In this document: positions 55,991 through 64,000 of the stretch, in pieces
Layout: every line of letters begins with the position of its first letter
How positions within the stretch are numbered: position 1 is the stretch's first letter
NCBI GenBank assembly: GCA_964564865.1
Contig: CAZMDA010000014.1
Coordinates: forward strand, 113 to 64,112
Reading direction: 5' to 3'
Length of the DNA stretch: 64,000 nucleotides
Origin: an uncultured Bordetella sp.
Lineage (GTDB): Bacteria; Pseudomonadota; Gammaproteobacteria; Burkholderiales; SG8-39
Position numbers and translations under genes: made by a program
The notes under the pieces: model-generated
Databases searched by the model: none
What the model was told of the DNA's origin: nothing
What the model saw: the letters and a program-made list of their open reading frames with translations, nothing else

Positions 55991-56818
55991 TCAGCCGCGG
56001 CCGAGGACGACCTCGAGCACGAAGCGGCTGCCGACGTAGGCGATCAGCAGCATGGTGAACCCGGACAGCGTCCAGCGCAGCGCGGTGCGGCCGCGCCAGC
56101 CGCGCAGCCAGCGCCCGGCCAGCAGCGCGGCGAAGGTGGCCCAGGACAGGATCGCGAACAGGGTCTTGTGGTCCAGCCGCAGTGCGCGGCCGAACAGCGT
56201 CTCGGAATAGAGCGCGCCGGTGGCGAGCGTCAGCGTGAGCAGCACAAAGGCGGTGGCGATGAGGCGGAACAGCAGGCGCTCGAGCGTCAGCAGCGGCGGC
56301 AGGTTGAGCATGCGGCCGCGCTTCTGGTGCAGGCGCCGCTCGGCGAGCGCCATCAGCACCGCGTGCAGCGCCGCGATGGTGAACACGCTGTAGGCCGCCA
56401 TCGCCAGCACGATGTGGACGCGGAACTCCGGCGAGGCCGGCAGGCCCCGGCTCGCCAGGCCCGGGAACAGCGCCGGCAGCGGCGCCGCGGCCGCCGCCAG
56501 CGGCAGCAGCAGCGGCTCCAGGCCGTCCAGGCGCAGGAACAGGCTCTCGACCCAGTAGATCGCGATGCCCAGGCACAGCATCACCGACAGCGCCTGGGCG
56601 AAGCCGAAGCGCAGCTCCGGGGCGAGGAACAGCTCCGCCGACAGCAGCCAGGCGTGCAGCGCGAGCGGCACCAGCACCGCCACGCGCTCGGCCGCGGACA
56701 GGCCCTCGGCGGCGGGCGCGGCGCGCCAGCGCGTGTTCCAGAACCAGAGCGCGAGCCCGGCGTAGCCGGCGCTGACCAGGAAATGGAGTGCGGGGCCCTG
56801 CATTAGAATGGGGGACAC
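55991..56818 (-). CDS. Cytochrome c assembly-like inner membrane protein (YpjD family)
   Basis: PPLLTLERLLF, DHKTLF, GWRG; divergent from ffh as usual. Confidence 0.85.
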   Translation of the reverse strand: MSPILMQGPALHFLVSAGYAGLALWFWNTRWRAAPAAEGLSAAERVAVLVPLALHAWLLSAELFLAPELRFGFAQALSVMLCLGIAIYWVESLFLRLDGLEPLLLPLAAAAAPLPALFPGLASRGLPASPEFRVHIVLAMAAYSVFTIAALHAVLMALAERRLHQKRGRMLNLPPLLTLERLLFRLIATAFVLLTLTLATGALYSETLFGRALRLDHKTLFAILSWATFAALLAGRWLRGWRGRTALRWTLSGFTMLLIAYVGSRFVLEVVLGRG

Positions 56819-56855
56819 CTGATGGCGGACGCCTCGAAGTCCAGTTTAGCACCCC

Positions 56856-58205
56856 ATGCTCGATAACCTCACCACGCGCCTCGCGAGGATCGTCAAGACG
56901 ATCCGCGGCGAGGCGCGCCTCACCGAAGCCAACATCCAGGAGAGCCTGCGCGAGGTGCGCGTCGCGCTGCTCGAGGCCGACGTTGCGCTGCCGGTGGTGA
57001 AGGACTTCATCGCCGCGGTGCGCGAGAAGGCGCTCGGCCAGGAGGTGGTGGGCAGCCTCTCGCCGGGCCAGGCGCTGGTGGGCGTGGTGCATCGCGAGCT
57101 CGCGCGCCTGATGGGCGGCGAGAACGCGGCGCTTGCGCTCGCGGTCGAGCCGCCGGCGGTCATCCTGATGGCCGGCCTGCAGGGCTCGGGCAAGACCACC
57201 ACGACCGGCAAGCTGGCGCTGTACCTGCGCGAGCAGAAGAAGAAGGTGCTGGTCGTCTCCTGCGACGTCTACCGCCCGGCCGCGATCGAGCAGCTGAAGA
57301 CCGTGGCCGCGCAGGCCGGGGTGGACTTCCTGCCGTCAACGGGAAGTGACAAACCCGTTGACATCGCGATCGCGGCGAAAGAACACGCGCGCGTCCGCTA
57401 CTACGACGTGCTGCTCGTGGACACCGCGGGCCGCCTCGCGATCGACGAGGCGATGATGCGGGAGATCGCCGAGCTGCACGCGGTGCTGAAGCCGGCGGAA
57501 ACCCTGTTCGTCGCCGACTCGATGCAGGGCCAGGACGCGGTGCGGGTGGCCAAGGCCTTCGCCGACGCGCTGCCGCTCACCGGCATCGTACTGACGAAGC
57601 TGGACGGCGACGCGCGCGGCGGCGCCGCGCTGTCGGTGCGCCAGGTCACCGGCAAGCCGATCAAGTTCGCCGGCGTGGGCGAGAAGCTCTCGGGCCTGGA
57701 GGCGTTCCACCCCGAGCGCATGGCCTCGCGCGTGCTGGGCATGGGCGACATCCTGTCGCTGGTGGAGGAGGCGCACCGGCAGGTGGATGTCGAGCAGGCG
57801 AAGGCGCTCGCCGACAAGGTGAAGAAGGGCAAGGGCTTCGACCTGGAGGACTTCAAGGGCCAGATCCAGCAGATGAAGAAGATGGGCGGCCTGTCGGCCT
57901 TCGCCGACAAGCTGCCGGCGCAGCTGATGGGCCAGATCAACCCGGCGCAGCTGCAGGACGACGGCCAGTTCCGCCGCATCGAGGGCATCATCAACTCGAT
58001 GACGCCGAAGGAGCGCGCCCATCCGGACCTGATCAAGGCCTCGCGCAAGCGGCGCATCGCCGCGGGCGCCGGCGTGCCGGTTCAGGAAGTGAACCGGCTG
58101 CTCAAGCAGTTCGAGCAGATGCAGCAGATGATGAAGATGATGAAGGGCGGCAACCTCGGGCGGATGATGCGCAACATGAAGGGCATGCTGCCGGGCATGC
58201 GCTAG
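56856..58205 (+). CDS. ffh: Signal recognition particle protein
   Basis: GLQGSGKTT, DTAGR, TKLDG, SRKRRIAAGAG, Met-rich tail. Confidence 0.98.
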   Translation: MLDNLTTRLARIVKTIRGEARLTEANIQESLREVRVALLEADVALPVVKDFIAAVREKALGQEVVGSLSPGQALVGVVHRELARLMGGENAALALAVEPPAVILMAGLQGSGKTTTTGKLALYLREQKKKVLVVSCDVYRPAAIEQLKTVAAQAGVDFLPSTGSDKPVDIAIAAKEHARVRYYDVLLVDTAGRLAIDEAMMREIAELHAVLKPAETLFVADSMQGQDAVRVAKAFADALPLTGIVLTKLDGDARGGAALSVRQVTGKPIKFAGVGEKLSGLEAFHPERMASRVLGMGDILSLVEEAHRQVDVEQAKALADKVKKGKGFDLEDFKGQIQQMKKMGGLSAFADKLPAQLMGQINPAQLQDDGQFRRIEGIINSMTPKERAHPDLIKASRKRRIAAGAGVPVQEVNRLLKQFEQMQQMMKMMKGGNLGRMMRNMKGMLPGMR

Positions 58206-58219
58206 CCGCGGCGGCCGGC

Positions 58220-58717
58220 TCAGCGCCGCGTCAGCGCGACCTTCTTCGCCGCCTCCACGCCCGCGGCGGTGAGTTCCCAGATGCCCCTGGGCGAGTTCCG
58301 GCTGATGAGGCCCCGGTCCTTGAGCGCGTTGCGGGCCCAGGTGATGGTGTTCTCCGCCTTGGTTTCGCCCGTGGCCACCAGTTCCTGGTCCGCCGCGCCG
58401 ATGTGCCCGTCCTGCATCATCCGCTTGACCACTTCGTGCGTGGCGTCGCGCTTGTGCGCGCGGCCTTCGAGCTGGTTGACGAGCGCCCAGAGCAGGTACT
58501 TCTCGTAGACCGGCTGCGGCGTCAGGCCGGCCGCCATGGCAGGCCGCTCCGCGTCCGTGGTCTGCCCCGCTCGCGCGGCGGCCGGTTCGGCGCGCCGCGC
58601 AAGCACGCCCCGGTCCTCGAGCAGGCCGCGGATCACCGAGTTGGGGGAATCCACGAACGGCCTGGCGAGCTTCTGCAGGCCTGCGAAGACTTCGGGATCG
58701 ACCCGGACGGTGGGCAT
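58220..58717 (-). CDS. SeqA-N-like domain plus Mrr-N-like winged helix, no nuclease domain (165 aa)
   Basis: N-term MPTVRVDPEVFAGLQKLARPFVDSPNSVIRGLL; C-term ENTITWARNALKDRGLI...RGIWELTAAG. Confidence 0.72.
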   Translation of the reverse strand: MPTVRVDPEVFAGLQKLARPFVDSPNSVIRGLLEDRGVLARRAEPAAARAGQTTDAERPAMAAGLTPQPVYEKYLLWALVNQLEGRAHKRDATHEVVKRMMQDGHIGAADQELVATGETKAENTITWARNALKDRGLISRNSPRGIWELTAAGVEAAKKVALTRR

Positions 58718-58724
58718 GGGCCGG

Positions 58725-58753
58725 ATCTTAAAATAAAGGACACAAAGTGACAA
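58725..58753 (-). promoter_or_regulatory. Sigma70 promoter TTGTCA-N17-TAAGAT, 7 nt before ATG 58717
   Basis: Spacing counted from the sequence; no SD. Confidence 0.7.
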
Positions 58754-58851
58754 GGTGATATCCATTCACTTTATCTTTCTGCGGATTTTCCCGCCTGCGC
58801 AGCGGGATAGGCGTGTACAATCCGCTCCCTTTCGCAGTCTCAGGGGTTCAA

Positions 58852-59109
58852 ATGGTTGTGATCCGACTGGCGCGCGGCGGCGCCAACAAGCGTCCCTTCT
58901 TCCACCTGGTGGTGGCCGATTCCCGTCGCGCCGCCTCCGGCAAGTTCCTGGAGCGCGTGGGCTTCTACGACCCGAAGGCTCCCGAGGGCCGCGAGTCGCT
59001 GCGCATCAACGTCGAGCGCGTGAAGCACTGGGAAGGCAAGGGCGCCAAGTGCTCCTCGACGGTGGAGCGCCTGGTGAAGCAGTTTGGCAAGACCAAGAAA
59101 GCCGCCTAG
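58852..59109 (+). CDS. rpsP: 30S ribosomal protein S16
   Basis: [10 protein letters not shown]...RPFF...GFYDP; TACAAT -10 upstream. Confidence 0.97.
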   Translation: MVVIRLARGGANKRPFFHLVVADSRRAASGKFLERVGFYDPKAPEGRESLRINVERVKHWEGKGAKCSSTVERLVKQFGKTKKAA

Positions 59110-59125
59110 CCCGCCCACGAACCTA

Positions 59126-59608
59126 GTGGAGATGGGCCGGGTCGCCGGCCCGTACGGGTTGCTCGGCTGGATCAAGGTGTTCCAGCCGGTCGAGGCGCTC
59201 GGGGCCTGCAGGAACTGGTGGATCGACGGCGTCGAGTACCGGGTCCTGGAAGCGAAGGAACATTCCGGCACGCTGCTGGCGAAGCTGGCCGGGCTCGGGG
59301 ACCGCGACGCGGCGCTCCGGTTGAAGGGCAGGACGGTGGCGGTGGCGCGTGACGCGCTGCCGGAACCGGAAGCGGGGCACTACTACCACGCCGACCTGGT
59401 CGGGATGGCGGTGGTGAACACGAAGGGCGAGGCGCTGGGGACGGTGCAGGCGATGTCCTCCTACGGCGCGCACGACGTGATGGAAGTGGCCGATTCGGCG
59501 GATGTGCCGGCGCGCGCCAGGCGGTTGCTGCCCTGGGTGGCGGCGGTGGTGCGGAACGTGGATCCGGCGGCCCGGCGCATAGAAGTGGAGTGGGAGGCGG
59601 ACTGGTGA
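59126..59608 (+). CDS. rimM: Ribosome maturation factor RimM
   Basis: [32 protein letters not shown]; start approximate. Confidence 0.92.
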   Translation: MEMGRVAGPYGLLGWIKVFQPVEALGACRNWWIDGVEYRVLEAKEHSGTLLAKLAGLGDRDAALRLKGRTVAVARDALPEPEAGHYYHADLVGMAVVNTKGEALGTVQAMSSYGAHDVMEVADSADVPARARRLLPWVAAVVRNVDPAARRIEVEWEADW

Positions 59609-60384
59609 TCCGGTTTGACGTGATCACGCTGTTTCCCGAGATGTTCGCGGCGCTGACGCAAAGCGGCATCACCGGCCGGGCGCTGCAGGCGGGCTTGTGG
59701 CGGTTGCAGGCGTGGAATCCGCGCGATTTCACCACCGACAACTACCGCACGATCGACGACCGCCCGTACGGCGGCGGGCCGGGGATGGTGATGCTGGCCG
59801 AGCCGCTGGAGAAGGCGCTGGATGCAGTGAAGCAGGCAGGCGGCGGGAGGGTGGTCTACCTGTCGCCGCAGGGACGCAGGCTCGATCACGCGAAGGTGAT
59901 GGAGCTGGCGGGCAGGCCGGGGGTGGACAGTGCGGTGACGCTGCTCTGCGGAAGGTACGAGGGCGTGGACGAGCGGCTGATCCGGCGCCGGGTGGACGAG
60001 GAGCTGTCGCTGGGCGATTTCGTGCTCTCGGGCGGCGAACTCGCGGCGATGGTGGTGATGGACGCGGTGGTGCGGCAGCTGCCCGGGGCATTGGGCGACG
60101 GGCAGTCGGCGGTGGAAGAGTCGTTCGCGACCGGCCTGCTGGATTGCCCGCAGTACACGCGGCCGGAGGACTACGCAGGGGAAAGGGTGCCGGAGGTGCT
60201 GCTGACCGGGCACCACGAGAACATCCGGCGCTGGCGGTTGAAGCAGGCGCTGGGCAGGACCTGGCTGAGAAGGCCGGACCTGCTGCAGGCAAGGGCCCTG
60301 GGCCCGGAAGAATCGAAGCTGCTGGAAGAGTTCCAGCGCGAGGCGCGCGAAGACGGCGCAGACAGTGGAGAACGCGGAACATGA
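59605..60384 (+). CDS. trmD: tRNA m1G37 methyltransferase
   Basis: [30 protein letters not shown]. Confidence 0.97.
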   Translation: MIRFDVITLFPEMFAALTQSGITGRALQAGLWRLQAWNPRDFTTDNYRTIDDRPYGGGPGMVMLAEPLEKALDAVKQAGGGRVVYLSPQGRRLDHAKVMELAGRPGVDSAVTLLCGRYEGVDERLIRRRVDEELSLGDFVLSGGELAAMVVMDAVVRQLPGALGDGQSAVEESFATGLLDCPQYTRPEDYAGERVPEVLLTGHHENIRRWRLKQALGRTWLRRPDLLQARALGPEESKLLEEFQREAREDGADSGERGT

Positions 60385-60764
60385 ACCTGATACAGACGCT
60401 CGAGAACGAAGAACTGAAGCGCATCGGCCGCCAGGTCCCGGATTTTTCCCCCGGCGACACGCTGGTGGTGCGCGTCAACGTGGTCGAGGGCGACAAGAAG
60501 CGCGAGCAGGCCTTCGAGGGCGTGGTGATCGCGAAGAAGAACCGCGGCCTGCGCTCCACCTTCATCGTGCGCAAGATCTCCTCGGGCGAGGGCGTGGAAC
60601 GCACCTTCCAGACCTATTCGCCGCTGATCGCCTCGATCGAGGTGAAGAGGAAGGGCAGCGTGCGCCGCGCCAAGCTCTACTACCTGCGCGAGCGCTCCGG
60701 CAAGGGCGCCCGGATCCGCGAGAAGCTGGGCGAGCGGGCCGAGGCCGGTGCCGCCGAGGAGTGA
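60381..60764 (+). CDS. rplS: 50S ribosomal protein L19
   Basis: [26 protein letters not shown]. Confidence 0.97.
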   Translation: MNLIQTLENEELKRIGRQVPDFSPGDTLVVRVNVVEGDKKREQAFEGVVIAKKNRGLRSTFIVRKISSGEGVERTFQTYSPLIASIEVKRKGSVRRAKLYYLRERSGKGARIREKLGERAEAGAAEE

Positions 60765-60783
60765 ACCGCGCCTGCAGCGCGGG

Positions 60784-60816
60784 AAAAGAACGGGGCCGCG
60801 GGCCCCGTTTCTTTTT
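60784..60816 (+). terminator. Intrinsic, probably bidirectional terminator after rplS
   Basis: AAAAGAA-CGGGGCC-gcg-GGCCCCG-TTTCTTTTT. Confidence 0.85.
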
Positions 60817-60827
60817 ATAATGGCCCC

Positions 60828-61933
<1,106 letters not shown>

Positions 61934-61937
<4 letters not shown>

Positions 61938-62368
61938 GCCCCGCGCCCGCGGTGCGCCTGGGCGTCGTCCACTCCCGCTTCAACGACGAGATCTGCGGCC
62001 TGCTGCTCGCCTCGGCGAAGGCCGAGGCGGCGAAGCTGGGCGCCGAGGCGGAGTACGTCGAGGTCGCGGGCGCGCTCGAGATCCCGCTCGCGCTGCAGTG
62101 GCTGGCCCAGTCCGGGCGCTTCGACGCCCTGGCGGCGATCGGCGCCGTGATCCGCGGCGACACCTACCACTTCGAGATCGTGTGCAACGAGTCGGCACGC
62201 GGCGTGATGGACGTCGCGCTGCAGTTCGGCCTGCCGGTGGCCAACGGCATCCTCACCACCAACGACGAGGCGCAGGCGCTCGCGCGCAAGGACAAGGGCG
62301 CCGAGGCGGTGCGCGTGGCGGTCGAGATGGCGCAGCTGCGCCGGCGACTGGCCGAAGGCTGGAAGTAG
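61934..62368 (+). CDS. ribH: Lumazine synthase
   Basis: [25 protein letters not shown]. Confidence 0.95.
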
Positions 62369-62372
62369 CCCG

Positions 62373-62837
62373 GTGGCGCCGAAATCCGGGACGCCGAAGC
62401 CCTCGCGCCGCCGCGCCGCGCGCGAGATCGCGCTGCAGGCGCTCTACGCCTGGCAGCTGGCCGGCGGCGACGCGCCGGGCCATGCCACCACGCTGGAGGG
62501 CTGGCCGCGCTGCGACCAGGCCTTCGCCGAGGCGCTGATCCGGGGCGTGGTCGGCAGCCGCGACGCGCTGGAGGCGCGCATCGCGCCGCACCTCACCCGC
62601 TCGCTCGCCTCGCTCTCGCCGGTGGAGCGCGTGGTGCTCCTGATCGGCGCCTGGGAGCTCGCCGAGCGCCCGGACACCCCGTTCAAGGTCGTGATCAACG
62701 AGGCCATCGAGCTGGGCAAGAGCTACGGCGGCACCGACGGCCACAAGTTCGTCAACGGCGTGCTGGAGAAGCTCGCCGGCGAGTGGCGCGCCGAGGAGAT
62801 CGCCCGTTCCCGCCGGGCGGCCGAAAACACGGCCTGA
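62373..62837 (+). CDS. nusB: Antitermination factor NusB
   Basis: RRRAAREIALQALY, VINEAIELGKSYG, FVNGVL. Confidence 0.95.
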   Translation: MAPKSGTPKPSRRRAAREIALQALYAWQLAGGDAPGHATTLEGWPRCDQAFAEALIRGVVGSRDALEARIAPHLTRSLASLSPVERVVLLIGAWELAERPDTPFKVVINEAIELGKSYGGTDGHKFVNGVLEKLAGEWRAEEIARSRRAAENTA

Positions 62838-62841
62838 GGGC

Positions 62842-63777
62842 ATGCCCTCCGAGTTCGAGCTGATCCGGCGCCACTTCGACCGCGCGGCGAAGCACACGCT
62901 GCTGGGCGTCGGCGACGACGCGGCACTGGTCCGGGCGAGCGCCGGCATGGACCTCGCGGTGTCCACCGACCTGCTCGCGGAGGGGACGCACTTCCGCGCC
63001 GGCGACGATCCGCGCGCGCTCGGCCACAAGGCGCTGGCGGTGAACCTGTCGGACATGGCCGCCATGGGCGCCGCGCCGCGCTGGGCGACGCTGGCGCTGG
63101 CGCTGCCAGGCGCGGACGAGGCCTGGGTCGCCGCGTTCGCCGCGGGCTTCTTCGCCCTGGCCGAGCGCCACGGCGTGGACCTGGTGGGCGGCGACACCAC
63201 GCGCGGCCCGCGCACCGTCTGCGTCACCATCTTCGGCGAGGTGCCGCAGGGACTGGCGCTGTTCCGCGCCGGGGCCGCGCCCGGGGACGACATCTGGGTC
63301 TCGGGCGAGCTGGGCGGCGCCGCGCTCGGGCTGGCGCGCCCGGACATCGCCGCGGCGGCCGCGCGCCTGCACCTGCCCGAGCCGCGCGTGGAGCTGGGCG
63401 AGCGCCTGCGCGGGCTGGCCAGCAGCGCGATCGACGTCTCCGACGGCTTTGCGCAGGACCTGGGGCACGTGCTGGAGCGCTCGCACGCCGGGGCACTGGT
63501 GCGTTACGCCGACCTGCCGAAGTTCGCGCCGTTCCCCGACCGCGCAACCGAGCAGCGCTGCGTGCTGGCCGGGGGCGACGACTACGAGCTCGTGTTCACC
63601 GCGCCCCAGGCCCACCGCGGCGAGATCTCGGCGCTGGGCGCCGAACTGGGCCTGCCCCTCAGCTGCGTCGGCTCGATCCAGCGCGGCGAGCCCAGGCTGG
63701 TGCTGCTCGATGAATCCGGCGCGGCGATGCCGGTGCCGCGGGGCTACGACCACTTCGCGCCCGCTTCTTCCACATGA
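62842..63777 (+). CDS. thiL: Thiamine-monophosphate kinase
   Basis: GVGDDAA, NLSDMAAMG, DVSDG, GGDDYEL. Confidence 0.95.
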   Translation: MPSEFELIRRHFDRAAKHTLLGVGDDAALVRASAGMDLAVSTDLLAEGTHFRAGDDPRALGHKALAVNLSDMAAMGAAPRWATLALALPGADEAWVAAFAAGFFALAERHGVDLVGGDTTRGPRTVCVTIFGEVPQGLALFRAGAAPGDDIWVSGELGGAALGLARPDIAAAAARLHLPEPRVELGERLRGLASSAIDVSDGFAQDLGHVLERSHAGALVRYADLPKFAPFPDRATEQRCVLAGGDDYELVFTAPQAHRGEISALGAELGLPLSCVGSIQRGEPRLVLLDESGAAMPVPRGYDHFAPASST

Positions 63778-64000
63778 CCTCGATCGTCTTCCGCCCGGAC
63801 GCGCGCTTCGCCTTCAGCCACCCGGCGCACTTCGTCGCGCTGGGATTCGGCGCCGGGCTGTCGCGCTTCGCGCCGGGCACCGTGGGCACGCTGCTCGCGC
63901 TGCCGATCTGGTTCCTGATCGGCAATGCGTACGACCCGCCGGTCCTGTTCGGCCTGCTCGCGTTCCTCTTCGCCGCGGGGGTCTGGGCCTGCGACCTCAC
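63774..64000 (+). CDS. pgpA: Phosphatidylglycerophosphatase A (runs off the window)
   Basis: ALGFGAGLSRFAPGTVGTL; ATGA overlap with thiL. Confidence 0.88.
   Translation, partial: MTSIVFRPDARFAFSHPAHFVALGFGAGLSRFAPGTVGTLLALPIWFLIGNAYDPPVLFGLLAFLFAAGVWACDL

Noticed and set aside
58220-58717. Mrr restriction endonuclease or its pseudogene
   Set aside because: No PD-(D/E)xK/(D/Q)xK catalytic domain or downstream remnant; the ORF ends cleanly 14 nt from the ffh stop and has an intact promoter

Overview
High-GC window from a betaproteobacterium-like genome, judged by gene order and protein types. The right two-thirds is conserved housekeeping: a complete dcw cluster (mraZ to ftsZ, with murB between murC and ddl), lpxC, dciA, M23 peptidase, secA, argJ, DUF815 ATPase, Nudix/thiamine-phosphate-synthase fusion, the pilC-pilD-coaE-zapD-yacG operon, ffh, rpsP-rimM-trmD-rplS and ribBA-ribH-nusB-thiL-pgpA. 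The left third is accessory or metabolic: a LemA/TPM operon, a GNAT-alkB-unannotated 51-aa four-Cys protein operon, a ~10.5 kb region with a VirA/VirG-like two-component system plus cpo, ycaC, dps and several hydrolases, a TctC-dehydratase-hydrolase operon, an MCE module and pcaIJ. I saw no tRNA, rRNA, CRISPR array, integrase or transposase. Highlights: (1) three perfect 20-bp GATC-centred palindromes ATGT-NNN-CGATCG-NNN-ACAT with compensatory arm changes; one sits inside an exact 10-bp direct repeat, two bracket the accessory region, and a chimeric copy lies in murE; (2) a nuclease-free protein that appears to fuse a SeqA-N-like domain to an Mrr-N-like winged helix, inserted between ffh and rpsP with a probable leaderless promoter; (3) a four-Cys microprotein translationally coupled to alkB; (4) at least five probable leaderless genes; (5) a probable CTG start for murE. 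All family assignments come from motifs recognised by eye, not from database searches.
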